DNA of 64,000 nt from Polyangiaceae bacterium (GCA_050287085.1 JBNKBE010000020.1:32001-96000); one strand, 5' to 3'. Positions 1 to 10,257 are shown, counted from the first letter of the stretch. Translations and numbers: made by a program. The notes: generated by a model from the sequence alone, not told the origin.

Positions 1-1438
1 CTTCGCCGCAGGGCTCAAGTCGATGCAGATCGGCCAAGACCCGCTCGAAAGGCTCAGTCGTCAACACAACCGGCATCGGTTCAGGAGCCTCCGTGTTCGC
101 GGCCCAGGTGGCCCGCACGGCGGCCGGAAAGCGAGCCCGAAAGGTAGCAAGCCGGTCGTGGGCGAGCGTCAACCCCGCAGCAGCCTGGTGACCGCCAAAG
201 CGTTCGAGACAATCGGCCACCTGTTGCAAAGCTGAGTAAAGACGAGAGCCGCGCGGCGCCCGCACCGAACCGCGTCCCACCCCGTCTTCGAAACCAATCA
301 CCGCAACCGCCCGGCCGTAGCGCTCCGCGAGCCGGCCCGCTACGATCCCGACAATACCGTGGTTCCAACCCTCCCGCCCGACGACAATAGCGTCGTCGGA
401 AGCGTATCCATGGGCCTCTATCTCTTCGATAGCTGCCGCGACCATCGCTTCCTGCTGTTCGCGGCGCGTCGCGCTCGCCTGGAGCACGGCCTGGCATAGC
501 TGCTGCGCCCGCTCCGGATCTCGCTCTGTGAGCAGGTGCAGCGCCAGATCGGGAGCCCCCAAGCGCCCCGGTGCGTTGAGCTGCGGAGCGATGCGAAATG
601 CTACGTCGCGTCCCGTGAGATATGTCTCCTGATCGAGCTTCAGCTGCGTCAGCAAAGCACGCAGTCCGGGCCGTGGCGTCGCCGCCAAGACGGCCAGCCC
701 TGCCCGCACCAACACGCGATTGTCGGACGTGAGTGGCGCAACGTCGGCAATGGTTCCGATCGCCACCAGGTCGAGCCACTTGCGAACGTCGAGCTTGACC
801 CCCAGCTCTTTGCGGAGCGCCGCCAGGGTCGATAACGCCAGACCGCAGGAAGCCAATCCCTTGTAGGGGAAACCGCATTCTGGGCGATGTGGGTTCAGAA
901 ACGCAACAGCCGGCAGCGGCTCTGCCGGCACCAGGTGATGATCGATGACAATAACCTCCACCCCCGCGGCTACCGCCCTGCGCAGCGACTCGTGATCCGA
1001 TGAACCACAATCACACGTAACCAGCAACGAGGGACGCTCGACAAGAAGCCGATCCAGCGCCGGCCCAGAGAGCCCGTAGCCCCCCGCAAAGCGGCTCGCC
1101 AAATGGACGGAAACGTCGACTCCCAGCTCCTGCAGCGCCTCGGAAAGGATAGCCGTCGAGGTGATTCCATCGCAGTCGTAGTCGCCAAAAACGGCGACGC
1201 GCTCTCCGCTGCGTACCGCTCGAGCAAGGCGTACGGCCGCAAAGTCACGGTCGGCCATCGCGTCCGGCGGGGTCAAAGCAGTTAGCCTGGGCTCGAAAAA
1301 CTGAGGTAGATCTGCGGAACCCAGATGAGGCTGGCGAGCCAACCAGCGGGCCACCGCGGGCGTCAAACCGTAACGTTCGCTCAGGCGCTGCGCACCAACT
1401 CGAAGTGAGCTATCAATAGAGGAAGTAGCCGCAGTCAT
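1..1438 (-). CDS. recJ: Single-stranded-DNA-specific exonuclease RecJ (partial; C-terminus runs off the window start)
   Basis: Not in the ORF track because its stop lies outside the window. Hand translation of the minus strand from ATG 1438 gives MTAATSS..., with DHH-family motifs FGDYDCDG (~1165-1190), LVTCDCGSSDH (~993-1025), VIDHH (~935-950) and DHHA1 motif FGGHQAAAG (~175-200). Confidence 0.93.
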   Translation of the reverse strand, partial: MTAATSSIDSSLRVGAQRLSERYGLTPAVARWLARQPHLGSADLPQFFEPRLTALTPPDAMADRDFAAVRLARAVRSGERVAVFGDYDCDGITSTAILSEALQELGVDVSVHLASRFAGGYGLSGPALDRLLVERPSLLVTCDCGSSDHESLRRAVAAGVEVIVIDHHLVPAEPLPAVAFLNPHRPECGFPYKGLASCGLALSTLAALRKELGVKLDVRKWLDLVAIGTIADVAPLTSDNRVLVRAGLAVLAATPRPGLRALLTQLKLDQETYLTGRDVAFRIAPQLNAPGRLGAPDLALHLLTERDPERAQQLCQAVLQASATRREQQEAMVAAAIEEIEAHGYASDDAIVVGREGWNHGIVGIVAGRLAERYGRAVAVIGFEDGVGRGSVRAPRGSRLYSALQQVADCLERFGGHQAAAGLTLAHDRLATFRARFPAAVRATWAANTEAPEPMPVVLTTEPFERVLADLHRLEPCGE

Positions 1439-1548
1439 CACGAAGGAATCCACGCTCCCGACAATTTCACGCTCGGACGCGGGCTGCAACGCTCGAGAAG
1501 ACAAAGGACGTCGGAGCACGGCTTTTCCGAGTTCGACGCTTATGGTAA

Positions 1549-2259
1549 ATGAAATTCATGATCATACGCTTCAGTCACACCTTGACCCTTTCAGCCTTAT
1601 TATTCCCCAGCATGTTGGCGGGCTGTGGTGACGATGGGATGACCCCAGCGTCCTCCGCCGGGGCCGGCGCGGCAGGCCTTGGTGGGACCGCTGGAGACCC
1701 GGCTGGCGCCGGAGGAGGACTGGTGGCCGGCATGGCAGGAGTGGCCGGCATGGCGGGCGAGGCTGGCGTGGGCGGCATGGCGGGCGAAGCCGGCGTGGGC
1801 GGCATGGCAGGAGTGGCCGGCATGGGTGGCATGGCGGGCGAAGCTGGCATGGGCGGCATGGCAGGCGAAGCTGGCATGGGCGGCATGGCGGGCGAAGCCG
1901 GCATGGCAGGCGAAGCCGGCATGGGTGGCATGGCGGGCGAAGCCGGTATGGCAGGCATGGGTGGCATGGGCGTCGACGACGGCGCTATCACCTTCGCGGA
2001 CATCCATCCCATAATGACGGCCTACTGTGGCGGTGGAGCGTGCCACGGTGACGGGGCGATTCTCAATCATCCCGAGTTCGCAAGCATGGATGCCACAACG
2101 GCTCAAACGGCAGTCGACGGCTACATCGAGGAGATCCTCATCCGAATCAATGTCGACGACTCCCTGCCGAACCAGCCACGACGCATGCCCCCCCCCGACG
2201 ACGAGCCACTGACCGACGAGGAAAAAGCGCTGGTTCAGGAATACCGTGACTCGCTCTAG
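1549..2259 (+). CDS. Lipoprotein with Gly/Met/Ala repeat linker and a C-terminal cytochrome c-like domain (CX4CH)
   Basis: Lipobox LAGC; long (A/G)-G-(M/V/E) repeat; C-terminal ITFADIHPIMTAYCGGGACHG...RMPP...LTDEEKALV resembles a class I cytochrome c with a distal Met. Confidence 0.7.
   Translation: MKFMIIRFSHTLTLSALLFPSMLAGCGDDGMTPASSAGAGAAGLGGTAGDPAGAGGGLVAGMAGVAGMAGEAGVGGMAGEAGVGGMAGVAGMGGMAGEAGMGGMAGEAGMGGMAGEAGMAGEAGMGGMAGEAGMAGMGGMGVDDGAITFADIHPIMTAYCGGGACHGDGAILNHPEFASMDATTAQTAVDGYIEEILIRINVDDSLPNQPRRMPPPDDEPLTDEEKALVQEYRDSL
1726..1971 (+). repeat. Degenerate in-frame 9/18/27-bp coding tandem repeat (GGCATGGCGGGCGAAGCCGGC-like)
   Basis: Directly visible; encodes AGMAGVAGMAGEAGVGGM... 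Confidence 0.9.
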
Positions 2260-2483
2260 ATGATTCGGCGGTGCCCTAAGGGTGCACTCCCGCGCTCAGC
2301 TCCGGGCGGGTGACGGCCGAGCTCCAACTGCCTCACCCAACCGCCCCCTCCCCGCGTCGTTCGACGCAGAACCCGCTGGGACGTCTCGCTGGGATCACCC
2401 TCGACGAGAACACCGCCAAGTGATAGCCATGGCTCGTTCCGCCGCGATCTAGTTAGACGATCGCAGGCGCTGCCCATCGCACC

Positions 2484-3458
2484 ATGTTTATCCCCAAGAC
2501 AGTCCCGTTGTTCGTCCGCCCGGAGCTGTTAAACCAAGACCTGAGCGCTAAGACCTACGTCGTCACGGGTGGCAATAGTGGACTTGGCCTGGCGACGGCA
2601 GCCCAGTTGGCGCGCCAGAAGGCGACGGTAGTCCTTGGGTGTCGAAATCTAGAGCGAGGGCACGCCGCACTCAGCCAGCTGAAGCGCGAAACCCATAGCA
2701 CACGGGTCAGCACGCTCGAGCTTGATCTGGCGAGCTTCGTCTCAGTGCGCGACTTTGCAGCTCGCTTCAGCGCACTTCACCGGCGACTGGATGGCTTGGT
2801 CAACAACGCAGGGATCATGAACACCCCGAAGCAGTTGACGGTCGATGGCAACGAGCTTCAGTTTCAAACCAACCACCTCGGCCACTTCCTGCTAACCCAG
2901 CTGTTACTGCCCGCGCTGCTCGACAGCACACCGTCGCGCATCGTTGTCGTATCCAGCTATTTTCACTACCGTGCCTTTGGCCACCGTGGCGAAATCCGCT
3001 GGAATGACCTCAATTTTCAGCGCACGAAGTACAACGGCTGGAAAGCCTATGCCCAGTCCAAACTGGCCAATCTGCTGCACGCCAAAGAGCTTGCCCGTCG
3101 TCTCGCAGGCACGGGTGTTACCGCCGTAAGTGTGAATCCGGGATGGGTCCGCACGCAACTCATCCGCAGCTTCGCGCCCGTCTGGGCTCAAGATCACGCA
3201 GTGCGGCCGCTGCTCCGGCGCCTTGGTATGCTTGAACCCTGGGAGGGTATCCAGCCCACGCTGCACGCGTTGCTAGCCCCCGAAGTCGAAGCTCAATCAG
3301 GAGCGTTCTTCAGCCAGGCGGTGGGCTATGCCCATCCCGCCTTCGCGACTGGTGGTTGGCCCTTGGAATCACCCAGCGCGGCTGCGCACGACTCGCGCAT
3401 GGCCGAACGGCTCTGGGAGGCGAGTGAAAGTCTGGTGCAGGGCTCGACCCATACATGA
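2484..3458 (+). CDS. SDR-family NAD(P)-dependent oxidoreductase (retinol dehydrogenase-like)
   Basis: TGGNSGLG, NNAG, catalytic YAQSK, NPGWVRT. Confidence 0.92.
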   Translation: MFIPKTVPLFVRPELLNQDLSAKTYVVTGGNSGLGLATAAQLARQKATVVLGCRNLERGHAALSQLKRETHSTRVSTLELDLASFVSVRDFAARFSALHRRLDGLVNNAGIMNTPKQLTVDGNELQFQTNHLGHFLLTQLLLPALLDSTPSRIVVVSSYFHYRAFGHRGEIRWNDLNFQRTKYNGWKAYAQSKLANLLHAKELARRLAGTGVTAVSVNPGWVRTQLIRSFAPVWAQDHAVRPLLRRLGMLEPWEGIQPTLHALLAPEVEAQSGAFFSQAVGYAHPAFATGGWPLESPSAAAHDSRMAERLWEASESLVQGSTHT

Positions 3459-3507
3459 CACCCAGCTCTTGCTCGCCTGGCTCTCCGGGCGGCCTCTGGC
3501 TGGAAAC

Positions 3508-4878
3508 TCAGGCCAGCTTGAGTTCAGCCGCAACCGTCTGAATCGGCAGTTCCATCGATACGGTCTGCCGCTCGGATCTGGGAGCGGCAAATCCTTCGTG
3601 AACCGATGCGGGGATGGGCTCCAGAGGATGAACGAATTGGTTGGGTCCGCCAGCGCTGGCAAGACGCAGAGCCCTGCGCGCCTGATCGAGCAGACCTCTC
3701 GCCGAGTCGCCATTGTTTGGAAATGAGGCTCCACCGATGCAGACCGTGAGCAATAGCTCCGTCCGATCGTAGCTAAACGTCGTTGCAAACGCGTTGAGCA
3801 CGCGCTCCGCGGGACGTTCCAGATTGATCTGGTCGGAAAGTTCCTCGACGACAAGAGCAAACGTATCGTTGCTGAAACGCAGCAATGCGTCGCTCTCTCG
3901 AACCGTGTCAGCAAGCCGACTCGCCGCCATTTCCTGCAATTGACGAGTCCCGTCCTCCCCCAGGACGTCGGCGATTTCCTCGAGCGGCTGCAGCTGTACC
4001 AAGAGCAGTCCGGCGCCCTCTTCATGACGCCGCGCCCGCGAAATGGCCTGACGCAGTCGGTCTTCAACAAGCGCCGGGTTGGGGTGAGCGCAAGCCGCCC
4101 GCTGCAAGACGCGCGCGCCACGTGCAGCCACCAATCCTAGAACACGCTCCACCTCGCGGGCGGATAGGCGCTCCAAATCAATCCAATCTTGAGCGCCTGC
4201 GCGCACCGCTCGTGACGGCCCACTGGAGCTTGACTCGCTACCAACGACGACGACTGCCAGCTCCGAACGCACCTTGACCAACGCGCGAACGCTCCGCTCC
4301 ATCCCCGGATGGTCACTGACCACGACACAAGCCACGCGGCTCTGCTCCTCCAAATACCTGGCCGCCACCTCGGCGTCCGCCACGTTCTTCAGCTGGTATG
4401 CAGCGGGCAGCAAGCTGTTGAGTCGCCGGTGAATATCCTGGGTCGCAGCGACCAACAAGACCTCGGCCGCTTGGTTGGTGGGAGCAGGCTCAGACATCAA
4501 CAGTCGGCGAGAACGGATCCGGTATTGCCCCAAGGCCAGCTCCAGCGCCGCCGCCAACTGCTCCGCTGTCCAGGGCTTCTTGATCACCGAGACGTCGGCC
4601 TGATGTGCGCTTGCGTCGACGTCGCTGGCTCCCGTTACCAACAAGCAGATCGTATCTGGCTGCATCTCGCGGATCTGCTCGATCAACATCATGCCCGTGA
4701 TGCCCGGCATTCGCAGATCGGTCGCGACCACGGCATAGGGGAAATGGCAGGCGAGCTCCCATGCCTCCTCGCCATCGCTAGCCAAGTCGACGATCAGGCC
4801 GCGTTGTCTCATCGCACGGGCGAACGACCGCCTCGCCACGGGGTCATCATCGACAAAGAGAATGCGTTCTGAAGTCAT
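3508..4878 (-). CDS. Response regulator: REC + degenerate REC + degenerate GGDEF domain
   Basis: First REC is intact (FVDDD, ATDLRMP, KKPW). GGDEF-fold context VRESDALLRFSNDTFALVV...IGGASFP. Start placed at ATG 4878. Confidence 0.82.
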   Translation of the reverse strand: MTSERILFVDDDPVARRSFARAMRQRGLIVDLASDGEEAWELACHFPYAVVATDLRMPGITGMMLIEQIREMQPDTICLLVTGASDVDASAHQADVSVIKKPWTAEQLAAALELALGQYRIRSRRLLMSEPAPTNQAAEVLLVAATQDIHRRLNSLLPAAYQLKNVADAEVAARYLEEQSRVACVVVSDHPGMERSVRALVKVRSELAVVVVGSESSSSGPSRAVRAGAQDWIDLERLSAREVERVLGLVAARGARVLQRAACAHPNPALVEDRLRQAISRARRHEEGAGLLLVQLQPLEEIADVLGEDGTRQLQEMAASRLADTVRESDALLRFSNDTFALVVEELSDQINLERPAERVLNAFATTFSYDRTELLLTVCIGGASFPNNGDSARGLLDQARRALRLASAGGPNQFVHPLEPIPASVHEGFAAPRSERQTVSMELPIQTVAAELKLA

Positions 4879-5100
4879 GGCGGGGGGCTCGGGTACCGGA
4901 AGGGGCGGTAGCACTGAGAAAAACGGTCCCGTCCGAACGCCCTTGAGTAGATTTCTAGCTTCCCGAAGTTTTTTGCCGGGCTAGCCCGCGAGTCATTCTC
5001 AGTGTAAGCCCCCTCCTGAGTCGACTACCGTCCCAACCACCGCTCCCCCCGCGGAGGCCGTTCGTCACCCGACGCCGCCGCGCAGCCACTGCTACTCGTC

Positions 5101-6261
5101 TTGCGACTTGCGCTGATCACTCAGGACTTTCCGCCCAGCGTCGGAGGAATACAGACCTATTGCTGGGAGCTAGCTCGCCGCTTTGCGCTCTCCGCGAATG
5201 AGTTTGTCGTGGTAGCCCCAACCGTACCAGGCTGTACCGAAACAGACCGCGCCGCCCCTTTCGAGGTCCTTCGCTGTCCAGGAGGTAGCCATCTGCTGCC
5301 TGGCGCCCTCGCGCTCGCCCTGCCTCAACTGGTGCGTAGCCGCCAGCTCGATGCCGTATTCCATGCTCAATGGCAGACGCTGGCCATCTCCACGTGGCTG
5401 AAGCGGCGCAGCGCGCTCCAACGAGTGTTTGTGGCCGCGCACGGACGGGAGTTGTGGCTACGCCCCTTCGGCAAGCTACCGCTCTTGCAGCGCCGCTACG
5501 ACGCGGTGCGGACCGGACTGCTTCGGCATGCTGACGGCGTTTTTGCGGTTAGCGCATTCAGCCGAACCCACGCACTTCGCGAAGGCGCTCTCCCAGAGCG
5601 AACCTTTGTCGTCGGCAATGGCACCGATCCGGAGCGCTTCTTCCCCGTCGATGCCGAACCCCTGCGCCGCCACCTTGGGCTCCACGGCGCCCGCGTGCTG
5701 CTATTTGCGGGACGTCTGGCTCACAACAAAGGTGTGGACACCGCGATCGCCGCCATGCCTCATATCCTGAGGGAAGTGCCCGATGCCGTGTTGCTGATCG
5801 CAGGTCAGGGTCCCGATCGCACGCGGCTTGAGGGTCTCGTCCACCACCACAACGTCGCACGACAAGTCCGCTTCGTAGGCCGGGTGCCGGATGACGCCCT
5901 TCCTACGTATTACTCCCTCGCGGACGTGTTCGTCACTTTGTCGCGAGAGGAGCCACCCGCGGTGGAGGGCTTCGGCATCGTGTTCCTGGAGGCCGGCGCG
6001 TGTGGCACCGCGGTCATAGGCGCCCGAAGCGGCGGAATCCCCGACGCGGTACAGGACGGTACGACAGGACTGCTTGTGGCCCCGGGCGATCCGCTTGGCT
6101 ACGCACAGGCCGCGTGTCGCCTATTGATCGATTCAAACCTGAGACGTCAGCTCGGGGATGCTGGGCGCCAGCATGTGTTGGCCTGTGGCAACTGGGACGC
6201 CGCTCATGCCTGCCTGAACGGTCATTTCAAGCGCATACTCGGCGAAGCGGCCCCGGCGTAA
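5101..6261 (+). CDS. Glycosyltransferase family 4
   Basis: DFPPSVGGIQTY N-terminus, FAGRL...KG, EGFGIVFLEA motif. Confidence 0.92.
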   Translation: MRLALITQDFPPSVGGIQTYCWELARRFALSANEFVVVAPTVPGCTETDRAAPFEVLRCPGGSHLLPGALALALPQLVRSRQLDAVFHAQWQTLAISTWLKRRSALQRVFVAAHGRELWLRPFGKLPLLQRRYDAVRTGLLRHADGVFAVSAFSRTHALREGALPERTFVVGNGTDPERFFPVDAEPLRRHLGLHGARVLLFAGRLAHNKGVDTAIAAMPHILREVPDAVLLIAGQGPDRTRLEGLVHHHNVARQVRFVGRVPDDALPTYYSLADVFVTLSREEPPAVEGFGIVFLEAGACGTAVIGARSGGIPDAVQDGTTGLLVAPGDPLGYAQAACRLLIDSNLRRQLGDAGRQHVLACGNWDAAHACLNGHFKRILGEAAPA

Positions 6262-6282
6262 GCCAGGGCCCCGGCAGCCTCG

Positions 6283-7512
6283 CTACACGACCGCCGCGGC
6301 CTTCTTGCCGCGAGTAGGACGCTTCTGCTGGGACGCCGCCATGTGGCTGAAGAAGCGTCGGTCGAGCCAATGAGTCAAGGGTAGCGCGACGTAGATGGAT
6401 GAATAGGTTCCGAGAATCAACCCAACGATGAGTGTGAAAGCGAAGTCTTTCAGCGCGCCGGTTCCCCAATAGAAGAATGCCACCAAGCTGAAGATGGTCG
6501 TTCCGGAAGTCAGGACAGTTCGACTCAGCATCTCTGAAAGGCTGACGTTGATCACCTTGGTGAAGCCAGCCCCTCGCAGTTTGCCAAGGTTCTCACGGAC
6601 GCGGTCGTAGACAACCACGGTGTCGTTCACGGAATAGCCCACGATGGTGAGCAGCGCGGCGACGGTCGTCAGCGACACTTCCATCTGCAACGCTATCAAG
6701 ATGCCAAGCGTCACGAGTGCATCGTGAATGAGGGCGATGACGGCCCCCGGAGCAAAGCGTAAGTCGAATCGAAACGCGATATAGACCATCACGAATACGA
6801 GCGCGATGGCGATGCTCTTGAGGGCCGCGTCGCGAAGCAGGGCGCCCGCTTTGGGACCAACCCACTCCACGCGTAGTGGGTCTGCCGGCACAACCTCGGC
6901 GCCGAGCGCGCTGCGCAGCCCGTCCATGAGCTGATCGCCTTTGCTCTTGAGCTCGATCTCGATCTTGTGCTCGCGCGCATTCTGCACGGAGACGCTCCCA
7001 TCCCCCGAGCGCAGCACAACCCCACCTGGTTTGGCCGCAAACTGGCCGCGGATGGTGTCCAAATCAGGGGCCTGTCGATAGCGAACGCTGATCTTGTCAC
7101 CGCCGGGGCTGAACTTGACCTCGGTGGCTTGTTTCGCCTCGGGGCAGCGCGTCGCATCGAGTTGATCGCCGAAACACAATGCAGTCTCGATCGCTCGTCG
7201 ACCAGCATCGTCAATTGCGGAGACTTCCTGGACGCGGATCAAGAACCGACGTGGCGTTTCAGCCGCGTTGACGCGGATGACGTCGGGGGACAAGAAGCCT
7301 GCCCCCTCCACCGCTCGACGGACGTCGGCGTCGTCGAGATCGCTGAGAAACTCCAGCTCGACCTCAGTACCACCTTTGAAGTCAGTGCCGAGATTGGGAC
7401 CGGGAACAAAGAGTCCAGCGATCGATCCAAGGACCAACAGCAAGCTCATCACGGCGAGGACTCGCCGCTGGCCCATGAAGTTGTAGACCTTACCTATCGG
7501 GAATAGCTGCAT
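6283..7512 (-). CDS. secF: Protein translocase subunit SecF
   Basis: LGTDFKGG, GYSVNDTVVVYDRVREN, SRTVLTSGTT; follows secD. Confidence 0.96.
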   Translation of the reverse strand: MQLFPIGKVYNFMGQRRVLAVMSLLLVLGSIAGLFVPGPNLGTDFKGGTEVELEFLSDLDDADVRRAVEGAGFLSPDVIRVNAAETPRRFLIRVQEVSAIDDAGRRAIETALCFGDQLDATRCPEAKQATEVKFSPGGDKISVRYRQAPDLDTIRGQFAAKPGGVVLRSGDGSVSVQNAREHKIEIELKSKGDQLMDGLRSALGAEVVPADPLRVEWVGPKAGALLRDAALKSIAIALVFVMVYIAFRFDLRFAPGAVIALIHDALVTLGILIALQMEVSLTTVAALLTIVGYSVNDTVVVYDRVRENLGKLRGAGFTKVINVSLSEMLSRTVLTSGTTIFSLVAFFYWGTGALKDFAFTLIVGLILGTYSSIYVALPLTHWLDRRFFSHMAASQQKRPTRGKKAAAVV

Positions 7513-7515
7513 TGT

Positions 7516-9615
7516 TCAGCCCATATCCAGTTTGGAGTCACGGCCCATGCCGCGAACCCACAAGTCAAAGAGCAATCGCGTGACGACGATGCCCGTGAAG
7601 ATGCTGGTTGTTACGCCCACCATCAGCGCAACGGCAAACCCCTTGATCGGGCCGGTGCCGAATTGAGCCAGCACCACGGCTGAAATCAGCGTGGTCAACT
7701 GCCCATCCACAATGGCGCTCAGCGCCTTGCTATAGCCGAGCTCGACAGCGGCTCGCGGGCTGCGACCGTCGCGCAGTTCCTCGCGAATGCGCTCATTGAT
7801 AAGCACGTTGGCATCCACGCTCATGCCGACGACCAGCGCTAGCCCCGCAATGCCGGGCAAGGTCATCGCGGCTCCAAGCGTGGCCAAGATAGCCAACTGG
7901 AGCATCAGGTTTGTCGTCACCGCAATGATGGCGATCGTTCCTGCTCGTCGATAGTAGAGCAGCATGAACGCGAAGACCGAAAGGCCGCCGACGATGGCGC
8001 CTCGCAACCCCATGTCGATCGACGCCTCCCCCAAGGAAGCGCCGATCCGCTGCTCGTTTGACGGGGTGATGGGCGCAGGCAGCGCTCCCGAACGCAACAC
8101 CAATTCGAGCTTCCGCGAGTCTTCGAGCTGGCTTTGCGGATCGCTGGCACCCATTGTGATGCTCGCCCGCCCACCGGAGATCCGCGTCTGAATCACAGGG
8201 GCGCTTTCCACGCGGTCGTCCAAGATGATGGCAAAGCGTCGCTTGATACTAGCCGCGGTGATGCGATCGAAGATGCTACCGCCCTGGTCGGTGAACTCCA
8301 GCGCAACATACCACCCGCCCATGGCACTTCGCCCCTGGTCGGGCACCGCCTGGGCGTCCCGAATCAGATCGCCCGTGATCTCAGCCCGGGACCGCAGCAG
8401 GTAGGTGCGCCACCCGATTTCGGTCTCTACCCCACTGTCGTCCGTGCGGTACTCGAGCTGATAACCCAGCTCGCGATCGGGCGGCAGCGAAAGCGTGCTC
8501 GTCCATTCTTTGAAACGAGCGAGGGCTTCGACGCTGGTTTCGCCGTCTCGCTTCTGAATCATCGCGTAGTAGTTGGTGCGCGTCTTGGTGTCGCCCTCTT
8601 CGTCGAGCCCTACCGGCGCGTTCTCACGCAGAAAGTCAACGCCTTCCGGTAGTTGCTGCGTCGAGTCTTTGGCGATTGTGGCGAAGAAGTCAGTGTCGTC
8701 GTCGAGCAGCTTGAACTCGAGCCGTGCTGTCTGACTGATGATCTCGCGAATCTCGTCAAAGCGCTCTTCGGACTCACCCGGTACCTCGACGATGATGTCC
8801 TCGTCCCGAGTGGACACCGCGGCCTCCTTGAGGCCCAACTGATCGACGCGCCGGAGGATGATCTCCTTAGCTTGTCCCACGGCCGTGGCCCGCAGCTCGC
8901 TCTCGGCCTCCTCCTTCATACGAAACGTATAGGTCCGCAGATCCTCTGAGCGAGAGAAACTGAGATCGCCGGAGAACTGATTCAGGAAGCGAGCGTCGAT
9001 CATCTTCGGATCCACACCCTCCCTGAGCTTCAGCGTGATGAGATTGGCTTGCGCTCGTGATGGGGTGAGCTCGACCTTCTCACGTAGCTTCGCCAGGGTG
9101 GCATCGTCCATCGGCTCGTCGCCTTCATGAACGTCAAAGAGCTTTGCGAGTTCCACCCGCATGTCCTCGTAGCGACGGTCGCGCCGATCGCGAATCGCTT
9201 CGCCCACGTCAACCGTGTACACCAATCGAAGACCGCCGCTGAGATCGAGTCCTGCGACCAGTTCGAAATCTACGTTCTTCTGGATGTACTCAGGAAGCGG
9301 AAGCATTCCGCCACTCATGCGAGCTGCCGTAGGCCACAATGCGACCAACGACACGGCGAAGATTCCGAAGACGATACCCGCCCGGACGCGCCAACTGCCG
9401 TCGACCAGCGAGGTCGCGCCGATCAGCCCAGCCACTGCGAGCAGTGCGAGGCAAACGGCGGCCCAGAAAGAATCGTAATAGGCCGCCGTCGCCCCGAATA
9501 CGGCAGCGATGCCGCCGAACCAGAGAGCTAAACGACGGCTTCGATCGGAGTAGCCCCAGAGCAAGAGCAGAACGCCCAAACCGGCGAGGGTGTACGCAAA
9601 GTATTGGTTGACCAC
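7516..9615 (-). CDS. secD: Protein translocase subunit SecD
   Basis: GLDLSGG, RRVDQLG, LRSGALP, GMSVDANVLINERIREE, FGTGPIKGFA. Confidence 0.97.
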   Translation of the reverse strand: MVNQYFAYTLAGLGVLLLLWGYSDRSRRLALWFGGIAAVFGATAAYYDSFWAAVCLALLAVAGLIGATSLVDGSWRVRAGIVFGIFAVSLVALWPTAARMSGGMLPLPEYIQKNVDFELVAGLDLSGGLRLVYTVDVGEAIRDRRDRRYEDMRVELAKLFDVHEGDEPMDDATLAKLREKVELTPSRAQANLITLKLREGVDPKMIDARFLNQFSGDLSFSRSEDLRTYTFRMKEEAESELRATAVGQAKEIILRRVDQLGLKEAAVSTRDEDIIVEVPGESEERFDEIREIISQTARLEFKLLDDDTDFFATIAKDSTQQLPEGVDFLRENAPVGLDEEGDTKTRTNYYAMIQKRDGETSVEALARFKEWTSTLSLPPDRELGYQLEYRTDDSGVETEIGWRTYLLRSRAEITGDLIRDAQAVPDQGRSAMGGWYVALEFTDQGGSIFDRITAASIKRRFAIILDDRVESAPVIQTRISGGRASITMGASDPQSQLEDSRKLELVLRSGALPAPITPSNEQRIGASLGEASIDMGLRGAIVGGLSVFAFMLLYYRRAGTIAIIAVTTNLMLQLAILATLGAAMTLPGIAGLALVVGMSVDANVLINERIREELRDGRSPRAAVELGYSKALSAIVDGQLTTLISAVVLAQFGTGPIKGFAVALMVGVTTSIFTGIVVTRLLFDLWVRGMGRDSKLDMG

Positions 9616-9642
9616 GATAGATCCCTGGCTCCCGGCTGGGAG

Positions 9643-10047
9643 CTATTTCTTCTCTTCCGTTTCGGCTTTGACGTCAGCCTTGGCAGTCCCGACCGGATCG
9701 GCGTCTCGGCCGACCAAGCTCGAGCGCAGCACCTGAACTTTCACGCCCGGCGCAAGCTCTAGTTTCACGACGCGGGAGTCGCTCTCCAACAGGCGCCCGA
9801 TGAGGCCGCTCTGAGTCACCACACGGTCACCCTTCTTGAGCGCAGCGATGGCCGCATCTTGCTTTTTTTGCTGGGAACGCGGCAACCAGTACATGAACAC
9901 CAACAAGGGGATGAACATGAGCAGCATGAACGTAGGGGAACCAAGCCCCATCGGCGATTCAGGCGCGGACTCTGCCGGGGGCTGCGCCTCGGAGGCACCG
10001 TGTTCTGCGGGCGGAACCGCTTGCATTGCTATTACAGCTGGACTCAC
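9643..10047 (-). CDS. yajC: Preprotein translocase subunit YajC
   Basis: One TM helix, then PRSQQKK...LKKGDRVVTQSGLIG. GTG 10047 has a GGAGG Shine-Dalgarno. Immediately upstream of secD. Confidence 0.92.
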   Translation of the reverse strand: MSPAVIAMQAVPPAEHGASEAQPPAESAPESPMGLGSPTFMLLMFIPLLVFMYWLPRSQQKKQDAAIAALKKGDRVVTQSGLIGRLLESDSRVVKLELAPGVKVQVLRSSLVGRDADPVGTAKADVKAETEEKK

Positions 10048-10205
10048 TTCATTCCTCCAGGGGGCGGCCTCATACCGGGTTTGTGGGGTGGGCGCAAGCT
10101 GAGCCGCCCGCCCTATGCGGCCAAGCTCGGCACATGCCAATCCCACATGCAACAAACGCATGGCCCGGTTGGCTGTGAAAATCGCCCAGCGGGGCCAGTG
10201 GCGAC

Positions 10206-10234
10206 TTGACAGCCTCCGACACCGATCGTAAGTC
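10206..10234 (+). promoter_or_regulatory. Putative sigma70 promoter of tRNA-Val
   Basis: TTGACA (10206-10211), 17 bp, TAAGTC (10229-10234), about 24 nt upstream of the tRNA. Confidence 0.6.
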
Positions 10235-10257
10235 CCGGCCCCTGTTACGGAAGACTC

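Noticed and set aside
81..1010. 309-aa minus-strand ORF in the track
   Set aside because: Out-of-frame shadow of recJ; Arg/Gly-rich with no motifs.
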